Of a stretch of 64,000 nt of DNA, positions 51,461 to 63,712 are shown piece after piece (the stretch's first letter is position 1; each line of letters begins with the position of its first letter). This stretch comes from Phoronis australis (lineage: Eukaryota; Animalia; Phoronida), in assembly GCA_002633005.1 (NCBI GenBank), contig NMRA01001020.1, forward strand, positions 5,222 through 69,221, in the 5' to 3' direction. The position numbers were made by a program, and so were the translations under genes. The notes beneath the pieces were generated by a model. The model saw only the letters and a list, made by a program, of their open reading frames with translations, was not told the origin of the DNA and made no database searches.

Positions 51461-52694
51461 GCAAAACATTGTCTAGTGCAGATTCATAAAGACCTTTTTG
51501 CAGATATGTTTTTGTGTTAAGAAATTAGGTGTATATTAGGCATGTATTAACATAACTAGTTAAGCTCAGTAAGGACTTTTTCTATTTATTATAATCTGAC
51601 ATGGATCAACGAAGCCTGCGCAGTGTTCCCAATCTCATCAGACGTGACGGGCATGGACATTTGCCACGTCAGTTGGCAGAGGTACCAAAGAGGTGCAAAT
51701 TCATGGGATGCAAACGACGCTCATAATTTATGTGTCTACGTTGGGAGGTGTATATTACCGTGGACAAGTGTAGTGACTGTTTTTACAACTACTGAAAGTG
51801 AAAGTGAAGAAAAATTGAAAGTAAAGAAATGGAAGAAAAATTGAAAGTGAAGAAAAACCGGGTCCCACACCTATCTGGTAATGACATTGTTTGAAGACAC
51901 ACTGTTGCTGATGAAACTGCAAACCAGCGAACCTGCTCTCACGTGACCCTGGTATACGAACATAGATCATTTCAGCCTGTATTTATGTTTTTAACCAACA
52001 AGCTATGAGAAGTAAGGTTTTCTATGACGAGAAACGTAATTCATGTCATTTTTGCTTTTTGCGTGAAAGTGTCCTTTAGTTCATAAGGGTTATTAGAGTG
52101 ACCATGCCAACGACCATGCCAGTACACCTTCATTAATCTTTTTAAAGCTGGTTACATCAATATGCAACTCGCAATTTAAGAAGACAAAATTTGCCAACTT
52201 TTCATATAATCATACAACATACGGTTACTTCTGCGTGGTGTTAAGCCAAGTGAACGATGCAAGAAAAAGCAATGGTTTTTGAACATTGAAAACCACGAAA
52301 AATAATTGTAGACATCGAAAATGTGAACAGAAGAAACACTCTTGATCGAAAAAGTGAATTATCTTATGAAATATTCTGATTCTGTCAGTTTGATGACGTC
52401 ACAGAGCACTTACTATTAGTCCGGTTGTGACATACCAGACCACGTAAACCTGCAAGCAAAACTACAGTGTTTTGACCCTCAAAATTGGTTGATAACTTTC
52501 TAAAGACACGTAGAAGAGGTAATAGTTTTGTTGGAGCTGATGAGTACATGTCAAATGAAATTAATTACTTTTCATTGAATGTCAAGTATGTCGTCTGGAC
52601 CTCCTACAGGGTAACAAGCGCAAGTTAATCTTAGAAAGAAAATTTGTTTTGTCACCCAAATAGGGCGCCTGACCGTATTCTGTGGAATCGGCAT

Positions 52695-55600
52695 TGTGAC
52701 GTGATGTTCGATTACACGTTTTATTCGGAGTATTGGACTTTAGTCGTAATGATAGTTTAGTCAGAGCTACTTCCTGTGGTCATCAACTTCCTGTCTCAGA
52801 CCATGAGGTCATGATATAATAAAGTGATGTTTATTAGTTAAAATCTACGAGTTAACAGTAATTCGTTACATGGTGGCAGCGTGAACAGGACCCTGATGAA
52901 CCACTGAAGAGCCGAGCAGACCAAATTCATGAAAAAGCATTGTGGTTTTGCTCATTAATCCCTAAACTAGTGAGCCTGATCTGGTGAGTCCATTCCAGTT
53001 TTTACTCTGACTTGACTTTAAAGACATGCTTAAGAAGTCCCTGTTGTCTCAGATTGCGACTCACGATGGCCCACGCTTATGGTCTACCTCCTCCCTCCCC
53101 CTAAGATTTGCACTCCAACAATGTGGCAGAAGGATGGAGGAAATTCCGGAATGCTTGGGCAAATTACTCGCTGGCATCGGAACAAAACAAGAAGCCGGAA
53201 AATGTCCAGGTAGCAACACTCCTTACTGTAATTGGAGAAGAAGCAAGAGAATTTTTCTACACCTTCGACATGATTGATGCCGAAAGAGAACAGATTGGTG
53301 CTGTAATGGACAGGTTTGCGACGTGTAGCGAACCAAAAAAGAACACCCCATTTGAGAGATGCTGCTTTAATAAGCGTGTACAGGAACCAGGCGAATCGTA
53401 TGACCAGTACAAGGCGGCTTTGCAAAAATTGGCCGAGAGGTGCGAGTTTGCTGACATCACGCCAGACGACATACTCAGAGATCGTTTGGTATTCGGCATT
53501 AGAGATCCCAAGGTACGTGAACGCCTACTCAGAGAAGCTTCACTGACGTTGAAAAAAACGATGAGATTTGCAGGGCAGCCGAATCAACATCAGAACAGAT
53601 GAAGTTGGTTGGAGAGGCTACAACGGGAGTCCATGCAGTCAACACTAGAAAGAAGCACCAGCCAACCCAAAGGAACAAAAAACAGACACAGACAAGCAAA
53701 CAGCATGAGTGTCAAAGCTGTGGACTCAAGCATGGTGAAAAATGTCCTGCGAAAGGAAAGCAATGCAATAAATGCAGAAAATATAACCATTTTGCGGTTA
53801 AAGGCTGGAGTGACGCATCTACAAAGAAGGCCAATGCATTGTATGAAGAGGACCACCCCCAAACATACGCAATCTCCAATATGGGAGAGCTTTCGCCTCG
53901 ACAGATAATAACACTTTGTCTTGAAAACGGAAATTTTGTGCAGTTTCAGATTGACAGTGGAGCTGAAACATCGGTTATCCCGGTCCACATCTACAAAGAA
54001 GCTGCGGGTGACCATACACTGGGCAAACTGGAGTCAGTGGCATCGTGCATAGAGGCCTATGGAGGAAGCAAACTTCCGACAATGGGTCGAGTGACTCTCG
54101 GTGTTTCGAGATTTGATAGAAGATGCAACATCAGATGTCTAGTGGTTGACAACCCAAATGGAAGACCCCTGCTAGGGGAGAAGGCGTGCGTTGGTTTGAA
54201 AGTACTCAAATACACAGACAACGATGATATGAGACGACCCTACCCTAAGGATGCCAAGATATTCAAGATTACCATGGCGACGGCATCAAACCCAGTTTCA
54301 AAGGAAGATTTTGTAAAAGCATTCCCAGATGTATTCAGTGACAAGGTGGGAAAGCTTGAAGGGGAGCACCAGATCAGACTGGATGACAGTGTGCCAGCTG
54401 TACAACATGCACCACGCAGGGTACCAGTGCCCCTCAGGGAACCCTTGAAAGCGAAGCTGGAAGTTCTTGTCAAGGATGGGATCATTGCCCCGATTGAAGA
54501 GCCCACGGAGTGGATCAACTCTATGGTTGTTGTCCGTAAAAAAGACAGTGACCTGCGCATATGTTTGGACCCCAAACACCTGAATGAGGCCATTCTTCGA
54601 GAGCACTACGAGATGCCGACAGTGGAAGACATCGCTACCAGATTGCACAACGCAAAAGTATTTTCCGTGTTGGACGTGACCAAAGGTTTTTGGCATGTAC
54701 CTTTAAGTGAAGAATCATCCCGGTTGACAACCTTTCACACACCCTTTGGGAGATATAGATGGCTTCGTCTCCCTTTTGGAATAAAGTCGGCACCTGAAGT
54801 ATTTCAGAGGAAAACACACGAGCTTATACAAGGTTTACGTGGCGTTGAGGTTCAGGCGGATGACTTCTTGGTAGTCGGTTTTGGGGACACTACAGAAGAA
54901 GCTGTACGTGATCACGACAACAATCTCTCTACATTTTTACAACGGTGCAAGGACAAGCATGTAGTACTGAACCGTAAGAAATTCAAGTTTAGGCAATCCT
55001 CTGTGGAATTCATCGGTCACATCGCCTCAGACAAAGGTATTCAGGCCGACCCAAGTAAAATCCAAGCTGTTTTGGACATGCCGTCTCCAGAAGACGTCAA
55101 GGGTGTCCAGAGACTCTTAGGCATGGCACAATACTTGGGTAAGTTTTTGCCCAACCTCTCCAGTATTGTGGAACCTTTGAGAGCACTTACAAGAAAGGAA
55201 GTTCCTTGGTCCTGGGATGTGCAACAAGTGCAGGCATTCGACAAACTCAAGCAGGCCATCGCAAGTACTCCCGTTTTGCGATACTACAACCTGGATGAAG
55301 AGCTGACGATACAGTGCGATGCATCCCAGTCCGGACTTGGCGCAGCGTTGTTACAGAATGGACAACCCGTGGCCTACGCATCTCGAGCACTTACTTCAGC
55401 AGAGCAAAACTATGCTCAAATCGAGAAAGAGCCATTGTCTTTGCCTGTGAGCGGTTCAACACATACATCTATGGTAGGGATCAGGTGACTGTCAACACAG
55501 ATCACAAACCCTTGGAAATGATTGCGAAGAAGCCCTTTTATCAGTCACCGAAAAGGCTACAGCGCATGTTTCTAAGACTACAGAAATATGCATTAACCAT

Positions 55601-56318
55601 TACGTACGTTAAAGGAGAGAGCCTTTTCTTAGCGGATACTCTAAGTAGAGCATATCTGAAAGATACCTGTGAGGTGAAAGAGGTAGTGACAGTCAACCAT
55701 GTAGAAGAATCGGATGCTTTGACAACTGACCTTTGGAGACAATTGGCAGCAGAGTCAGCCGAAGACCCAGCTCTTTCGGAGCTGAACAAGATGGTTCATG
55801 CTGGCTGGCCAGGCACACGCAGCGCAGTTTCGCAGGTTCTACGTCACTACTTTGGTATGCGCGACCAACTGGTGTGCGAAGGACCCTTGGTGTTTAGAGG
55901 ATGCCAGGTGATCATTCCCAGGAGTATGAGGAGGCAAATGTTGTCGCAACTGCACTCAACTCACATTGGAATAGAGGGGTCTATTCGACGGGCTAGAGAG
56001 TCCATGTACTGGCCGGGCATGGCAGGTGACATCAGAGAATTCATCACACAATGCGACACATGTCTGTCATATCGGTCGAATCAACCAAGGGAGACTCTGA
56101 TGACACATTCAGTGATAACATTACCATGGGCGAAAATTGCGGCTGACCTGTGTGAGTTCAATGGGAGAACTTAACTTGTGTTGGTGGATTTCTACAGCAA
56201 TTATATAGAAGTCGCCAATTTATCTTCAACGACATCCAGAGCTGTCATCAAAGAGATGATGATATAATAAAGTGATGTTTATTAGTTAAAATCTACGAGT
56301 TAACAGTAATTCGTTACA
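52695..56318 (+). mobile_element. Ty3/Gypsy (Mag-like) LTR retrotransposon, recent, with 3' internal deletion; 5-bp TSD GGCAT
   Basis: 5' LTR 52695-52870 (TG..CA); PBS TGGTGGCAGCG at 52871; 3' LTR remnant 56259-56318 identical to 52811-52870; TSD at 52690-52694 and 56319-56323. Confidence 0.93.
53067..56258 (+). pseudogene. gag-pol polyprotein, disrupted (frameshifts at ~53100, ~53560 and ~55430; stop at 56172)
   Basis: gag W..F...QVATLLTVIG, QEPGES, RDRLVFGI, Cys knuckles; protease IDSGA; RT RICLDP, LD..KGFW, TPFGRY, LPFG, QADD; RNase H CDAS, YAQIEKE, TDHKPL; integrase H..H.G..YWPG..C..C. Confidence 0.93.
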
Positions 56319-57156
56319 GGCATGAAATTGTCAACAATCAGTAATTACTAATACAGACAAAAACGATGCCACTGAGATTTTTCAACTCATCGATAGACCG
56401 TTGCCAATGCCGGAATTAGGGCCCCAGGTGGAGTCCAGTCAATCGAACGATACAACAGAACGCAAAGGTTTTTGAACAGTGAAAAGCACGAAAAACGATT
56501 CTGGACATCAAAAATGTAAACAGCAAAAGTGGTCTTGGAAGAAAAAGTGAAATAACTTTTTGAAATTTTCCCGTTCCGCGAGTTTGATGACGTCACAGCA
56601 CACTCGGTCCGGCCGTTGACTGACCGGACCAAGTAAACCTGCAAGTAAAACTAAAGTGTATTGAGCCGTAAAAGTTGGTTGATAACTTTCTAGAGACATG
56701 TAGAAGATTTGAAGGTTTTGTTGGCGATGCTGGGTACATGTGAAATGAAATTAATTACTTTTCATTGACTTAAAGTATGTCGTCCGTATGTCAACCTGCG
56801 AGTTCGATGACGTCACAGAGCACTCGTCCGGCCTGGTACGAGACCGGACCACTAAGTAAACCTCCAAGGAATACTAAAGTGTATTGAGTCGTCGTGGAAA
56901 ATGGTTGATAACTTTCCAAAGACACGTAGAAGGGACAATGGCTTTGTTGCGTCTGCTGGCTATATATCAAACGAAATAAATAACTTTTCATTGGCGTTAA
57001 GTATGTTGTATCCAACAGTGGCCGGCGATATCAGCGACTGTTTTAAAACTCTGCTTACGGATACAAACAAGGATTAAAATTGTCATAACACGTATATTTG
57101 TGAAGGGTGATATATGTCCATGACATCGCATGAGCAGTTGCAAACGGACATTGGGT

Positions 57157-57304
57157 AGTATGACAATCCACTGCTTATTATGCTTATATTCACGACTTTA
57201 GGTCACCGGTGTATAGTATGACAATCCACTGCTTATTATGCTTATATTCACGACTTTAGGTCACCGGTGTATAGTATGACAATCAACTGCTTATTATGCT
57301 TATA
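57157..57304. repeat. Tandem repeat, 57-bp unit x ~2.6
   Basis: tagtatgacaatccactgcttattatgcttatattcacgactttaggtcaccggtgta repeated. Confidence 0.9.
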
Positions 57305-57406
57305 CCTATAGTTCTGCTCGTCACCTCGTCGTGAAACTTATAATCAACATGTAGAGGTAGCGAGCGGAGCAGGCGCATGCAAAATCTAGCCCGGGAATCA
57401 ATCAAC

Positions 57407-57438
57407 CATAGACATCTTAATACAATGTGATGTCTATG
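57407..57438. mobile_element. 32-bp micro-element with P-type termini and 8-bp TSD CAATCAAC
   Basis: CATAGACATC-12 nt-GATGTCTATG; TSD at 57399-57406 and 57439-57446. Confidence 0.8.
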
Positions 57439-57518
57439 CAATCAACACTCACCTTGCAGGTTGCAGCCGCTTGAGTGAAAAACAATCTAATGAACGTCAT
57501 TTGTTTGCCTAATGTAAC

Positions 57519-57602
57519 CACAGGCGCTTGGGTTTATCGCAAATGACGTCACTCAATAATATTATTGAGTGACGTCATTTGCGATAAACCCAAGCGCCTG
57601 TG
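57519..57602. mobile_element. 84-bp perfect palindrome MITE with CACAG termini and 8-bp TSD AATGTAAC
   Basis: Two 42-bp arms, no loop, no mismatch; TSD at 57511-57518 and 57603-57610. Confidence 0.85.
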
Positions 57603-58324
57603 AATGTAACAAAAAAGTCTGTCGCACTCGTGACATGAGCACGCGCCCTGTCCTATAATTTTGCGACATCTTTCGGAAGATGATGACTCAACTTCGCAGC
57701 AGCACGATTTGTTCTGAAATTCGATTCGCTGATATTAAAATACTAAAAACTTATGACGACTCATTTGAAATGAAACTAGTTCCGATAATTTGTTGTGCCT
57801 TGTACGCAACGTCGTAGAAGAGAAGAAGAGCTGACTGAACGGTTAAAAAATTAAGGAACTGGTCAATGTAAGCCGACCTAAAAGAACGCTTCTCAATTTT
57901 AGCAGCACAATTACGAGAGAATGACAATTTTTCCCGGTGGTCGAGCGCCGATAAATAATTTAGTTTACTCAAGGAAGAGTGTCGTTAATAACACTAATTC
58001 GGTGAAGATTTTATATGTTCAGTGTTTTACCCATGCACATCGGCGCCAAGCTGTATATTTAGCATACTGCTTTGCCGCACAAAGGCTAGTTATGATGCTT
58101 CACCCGAGAACCAGAACGACCATTTTTTTCTTGACTAAAACGTCAAATTGGAGAAAACGATTTTCATTTTGTTCTAAAACTTACGCAGTGGATAAAGTTA
58201 CAATTATTTAGCTCAAAAGCGTGCAACGTGGTTGGTTTGTGGTTAAAACTCAAAAGCGTCGCGTGTTACAAAGCGAAGTGTACTGTAACGCACAAATATT
58301 TCGTTGGAGTAATCGGCACGAGAT

Positions 58325-58505
58325 CTGCCTCCCGTTCAGTAACGCTAGGACCTCGCTAAAAAGCAAGACTTCGTGAGATTACATGAGATATGGCCGTGTA
58401 TTTTTCATAAGAGCACGCGACTTTGACTAGGTTTTAGGTAGGTCCTAGCGTAGGTCCTAGTGTAGGTCCTACCGTAGGTCCTAGCGTCTACTGAAAGCAC
58501 GCCTG
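58325..58505. mobile_element. MITE copy 3 (family of 18-174) with extra taggtcctagcg units
   Basis: Direct similarity to 18-174. Confidence 0.75.
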
Positions 58506-58894
58506 CATATGCATAAGTATATAGCTCCATTGTATGATCTGTGTAGGCCTACCGGTAACAAATCTTAACTTGTTTGTCACTGCGGTTTCAATCCCCGGCG
58601 GTCATGTTCAGTCCTCGGGTCATGTTTTCTGGTGGGGCGGTCATGTTTTAAGGTGCGTCAGTCCCATTTTCTGGTGCGATGGTCCCATTTGATCCCCGGA
58701 GTTCCTGTTTTGGGGGAGTCGGTCGACCGGCGGTCGTGTTGTTTCTCACCCGTGAACCAATGCCCACCGAATCTATGACAAGCAACAGGTTGACGATCGA
58801 AGAGTCCATCTGACTACAAAAATATCCCGTACACGAAGTGTTGTGACAGTTCTCAAATATAAGTGGTTCGAGATTAACTTAGTGATTAACTTAC

Positions 58895-58949
58895 CAGCAA
58901 CGGAAAGGGGTAAAATGACGAGAATTATAAAACCAAGTCTGTCGTCCAT
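58895..58949 (-). CDS. Probable first coding exon (signal peptide) of the F-type lectin gene
   Basis: MDDRLGFIILVILPLSVA followed by G|GTAAGT, a strong phase-1 donor. Same strand and phase as the acceptor at 44938. The link is inferred. Confidence 0.65.
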
Positions 58950-60646
58950 GCTGTTTTCCCTTCGTTTTCGAGATTTTACAGTGGCAGGCAGCATTTTATT
59001 TCCTTGTGGCCGAAGGTTGTAGACGATACAAAATCACAGAGTTGAACTTTTCAACTAAAAAAAGTTGTGCGAACCATTTAGTTTATATTTTTTTGATGTT
59101 TCTATGATCAAAGAAAATAGCCAAATGGCTTTAAAAACTTGAAATGTTACAAGTGTTAGATTTCGCTAACCATTTATGAAATGGACTCGTCTATTATTAT
59201 TTCGGGTCACCAAGCAGCAGGGTCGCGTTTTGTGAACTCAAAGTAGTCGCCATGAAAGCTAGCGATGAGTACGTTTACGTACTTCACGGTTTCTGCATGG
59301 CGACATCTCGCGAAGACTTAGATTCTACAAGTTTCCTGCGTCCACAAAACGCAACCAACAATAATCTCATCAGGAACGCAGCGGCGCTGTCGGTAGCGAC
59401 GTCAACCAATGCCCCCGACTAAGAATGCAAATGCTCAATCTGAAGGTGACTAAACTACCTCGGAAACTCGTTTGTTTGCCTAAGAACAGCAGGTTTCCCA
59501 TTCCCTATTGTCGGTAATAAAAAGCAGTCTACACTGGCTATTTTTGTTTACTGAACCGCACCGAACTTGAGTTTGTCATTACACAAAAAACACCCCGTTT
59601 TGTTCACTCGGAGACGACAGTAGAGAGTAGTCCACAAGCGCATCACGATTCGTACTATACCAAAGACGGTCTCTGTTGGTAATGACGTGGACCTAGAGTC
59701 TAGTTGTTAATCGGTACCAGATAACCAAACCCAACACAGCATTTCATCGGTTGGCCTAGTTTAACTTTTTGCGACAATGAATTCAATTTCAGAAATCAAC
59801 TAGTTCCAAAAATCAGCAGTTTATTTATACCCACTGTTTTCTTGCAGCGAAGCCACCGATAATGGCTTACTCCTCAAAGAACCTCATCAGATTCACTGAT
59901 ACTTGTCGATTGCTCGCGTGGTCTCAAAATTTTCAGGCCTTTATCATAAACAATGTTTAATTACAATTAACACGAGGCTAATCGCTGACAGACACATCCA
60001 GCTCATACTCCAAAGCCACAAATGAATGGATGGAACTACTTTTGACCAATTGCATTGGTTTAATAAACAATTTGAGGGATAAAACCATACGGATAGTTTA
60101 TAACCAAGCTTCCTGTGGTAATTTGTGAACACGGGGTTAATATAGACGAACCAGTGAGTCCATTAAAAACACAAAATACGAGATTTAAACATGTACTCAA
60201 AATCGCATTATTATTTATAAAAACGTTGAACAAAGCATTGCACAAAGCCAATGGAAAGTTTTCAAAAACTACAGATCAAATCAGGACTCAAGAAAGTCAA
60301 AGAAACGACAGGAAAATCAAATAACGCTTCTAGTTCTAACAACTGAGCTTATATAAAATAAACAATCTTTGTCCCTTCATAATTTGTTTAATCAAGAAGT
60401 GGTAATAAAACACAATTTGAACCAAAGTTTCAGAAACCGGATACATTGTATAACTTTAGCACTCTCCAGAGTTAATTGAAAACAACAATAATAATAATAA
60501 GATGGATCCAGAAGAACGGTTGTATTTCATTTATCTAGAAGAATAGTGGTGTAGAACTGAACATGATACATTGATATAGAATAGGAACGATGTACACACA
60601 CTGTTGGATGCACATATATTTCAGCACAGTCATTGGATGTTCACTA

Positions 60647-60876
60647 CATGCGTGCACTCCTACATTGGGCGAACTGGACAAAAAGGTGCGCCTCAAAGAA
60701 AGAACAGGTCCGAGAAAACAAGACAAAAGTCCACGAGAAATCGGCGCGAACGGACATTTCATAGGTCTGAACCTAGTACCCCGTTTTTTAGTCCTCGCTT
60801 TGTTTTTTCAGTATAAGGTCCGCACACCGAAAAATTCGAGCCCCCCCCCCTCAATTTTAGGCTGGGTGCGCGCATG
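60647..60876. mobile_element. MITE of the CATGCGCGCAC family
   Basis: catgcgtgcac / gggtgcgcgcatg; internal similarity to 32392-32548. Confidence 0.7.
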
Positions 60877-61869
60877 CCAGTAGATTCAATTTTCGACTGA
60901 AAATGTCATTAGTCTTTGGCCAAATGAATATTCGAATTATTTTTTAATTTTCACATGCTTTCTTAAATAAGCACATTCATTCAAGGGATGTTGTTGTGTA
61001 TATGCTTGAACGTTATACAACAAAATCTCCATCATAGTTTAGCTCATATAAAAATGATGAGGTGCATGCACTAAGCTGTCAACTTTTGCTCAACTTTGAT
61101 TAAAGTCTGACTTAGGCTAGAAAGGAAGTACAGGCAATATGGCGTGGAAATAAGTTTTCATGACTTGTTTTTCTCGTGGCCATTTTGACGGCCACGTGCT
61201 TCACTGCTTTCGCAGTGCCAGACTTCAGGTTTTCTAGAGCGTACCAAAGCGTTTATTGTTAGTTCAGTGTTAGGAATTGTAGATATACGTAAATATTTAG
61301 TAAATTGTACATAGAATAGTTTCTTATTTATTATTTTGTAAATTAGTTAAATTGTAGGACCTTTCTAGGAATTCTAGAGTAGGCTAAGTGACCACGTGGT
61401 TTTCCTTAGTAAGTTCTAAGGCGAAGCCCCGGTTCCTTACTATGTCGTTTATAGATAGGGTTCCAATGAACTTCTGTCTTTCCCAAGAGTTATTTAAGCT
61501 CTCGGGCATGACCGAAGATATTGCCCAAACTATTCTGGTTTTTCGGCAGACTGAGCTGATAACCCCGGAAATATTAACCACATCCATTTCAGATGGAGGT
61601 TAACGAGGAGTGCTATTTCTGGCATTGATTTCACCCAATATGATGAAGTTCAGTCCCAGGATACCTCTCCTCTGGGTAGTCCTGTACGTACCCGTTTGCC
61701 CCAGGACTTGAATAGCATTGCTCAGGCCTGTGACGGGTTGAATAAATCCCGTTACAGCGAGAAGAAAATACTCCACTAGGCAGGATACTTTTTCGTCTGT
61801 GCCTGGCACGAGTTGTGGTAGCCGAACGGCTGGTCCGTCTACCCTCACCCGTCCTTAAAGCTTAAGGCC

Positions 61870-62850
61870 AAATGTCCAATCTAAGTTTTTCTAGGGGATA
61901 ACAGCAAGTGGGACGACATCTTTTGGAAGTTCCAGCGCTTAGCCAAGCGCAATTTATGGTCCGAAGACAAGTGCGTCTCTGAATTAGGAATGTGTTTAGA
62001 CGATGTTGCCTTACATTTCTTTCTTAATTTCATGAGAAGGAACCCAGACTCTGGTTTTGATGACGTGGTTGCACACATGTCAGAACATTTTTCATCGACT
62101 GACTGCACCCAGGTCTTACGTCTTGAATTCCAATACGCCGAGCAGAAGCCGGGGGAATCTATTAAGAATTGGGCGTGTAGGTTAAATAGGTTATTTCTAA
62201 AAGCCTTCCCGAACCCTTCGGAGCAAGAAAAAGTAGATCTTGTTTTCCGGTTCTCCCTTGGATTACGAGATAAGGTAGTAGGTACGCAGGTGATGAATTC
62301 ATCTCCTTCGTCCCTTGCTGAGGCAGAGTCCAAGGCTGCATGGTTCGGTACGACCCAGCGATTGATGGCCAATCAAAACCGTCGGTCTGTTTGGTTCGAG
62401 GGCAACCTGGTTTACTTAAAGTTTTCTCCACTAGCATACTCCGATTCGAGCTCTGCGGTTGAATCTAGGCTACATGCTTTGGATTTGGAGTCTCAGATGG
62501 TTTAAATGTCAACTCTGAAATAGGAGGTCTTAAAGAAGACAATGTCCTTATACATCGGGAACTTAAAGGTATGTCCCAGACCTGAGTTCAAATTTTACGG
62601 ACATTTCCTCAGATTTGTCGAGGGTATTAAAACTGCTGGATTCTAATCCAAAACCATCGAGATCCCCTCCACTATCTATATGTCCCTCCAAGCTTCCAAC
62701 AGAGACCTTCAATAATGTGTTTTAAGTGTGGTAAGTTTGGTCACTACCAGTCTGCATGCCATAGCCCGCAGTCGGCTAGAATTCGTCGTACATCCTTTGG
62801 GGATGAGTCCGATGATTTAAACGAGTTGGGGCGTGACGATCAGGTCTAAC
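61870..62850 (+). pseudogene. Gypsy gag remnant with CCHC zinc knuckle
   Basis: W..IFWKFQRLAKRNLWSEDK...L.D.ALHFF...EFQYAEQKPGESIKNWACRL...FSLGLRD; CFKCGKFGHYQSAC at ~62717-62760. Confidence 0.75.
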
Positions 62851-62864
62851 TCCAGTCCTATCTC

Positions 62865-63710
62865 GTGATGCCAATAGTAGGGTATCCTCTGACCGCCCAA
62901 CTAAAAAATTCAGTCCCATGGATGGTCCAAATTGCAAAGAACATCATGCAGAAGAATACGGATCCCCATCTAGGGTTCCTTGCATACCGATCAACACCCA
63001 TTCGCAACGGAAAATCGCCGAGTCAACTGCTCATTCCAGACGTATTCGAACGACTTTGCCGATCATGCCTAAATCCCTCCTCCAAAGTTCCATTGATGAC
63101 CAGTCCATACGTGTAGAAACTCAACTTAACCAAAGGAACAAAGCAGACACCGAACAGTGTCCCTTCCATTATTGGATGTTGGAGACCAGGTCTGGGTACG
63201 CGACCAAGAGAAATTCGGAGAGGTGAGAGTTGTGCTAACCGAGGTCCTACCTCGTCGTCACCGAATCTGGTTCTACGATTCGCCGTAATCCGTACTGGAG
63301 ATATGAGTAACGCTACTCCAGAATTGAAAACAACCACCGAGACAACATCACCACCACAACCTTAGATCCCTGTACCAGCTCAACCGGCAGTTTAAAACTC
63401 CTCTCCTACTCAAGAACTACAGTGTTCTCAACGCGTTATCAAACCAGTGGCCCGGCTGAATCTTTAAACATTTGTGAAGTGACAATTGTTGACTCTATAG
63501 TTTCAAGGAAAGACATTTGGTTGATTTTAAGGACTCAGTGATAAGGTCATTAACTTAGTTTAAAGACTTATATTACTTAAAGTGTTTATATATGTTCTTA
63601 CACTATCTTGGGGGGGAGATGTAGTATAATAGCTCTCCAGAATTAGAGGTAAATATATTGAGATCCGGTTCCATCTGCTTTGTTGTTCCCACATACATGA
63701 CCATTATACA
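62865..63710 (+). mobile_element. Gypsy integrase C-terminal remnant, PPT and start of a 3' LTR
   Basis: DPHLGFLAYRSTPIRNGKSPSQLL / RRIRTTLP; polypurine tract ggggggga(ga) at 63610-63619 followed by TGTAGT at 63620. Confidence 0.75.
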
Positions 63711-63712
63711 AT

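Larger units (their letters stand above)
52385..57012. repeat. ~220-bp repeat family: copies at 52385-52596, 56580-56785 and 56800-57012, host of the Gypsy insertion
   Basis: Shared gatgacgtcacag...ggttgataactttc...taattacttttcattg...aagtatgt core. Confidence 0.7.
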
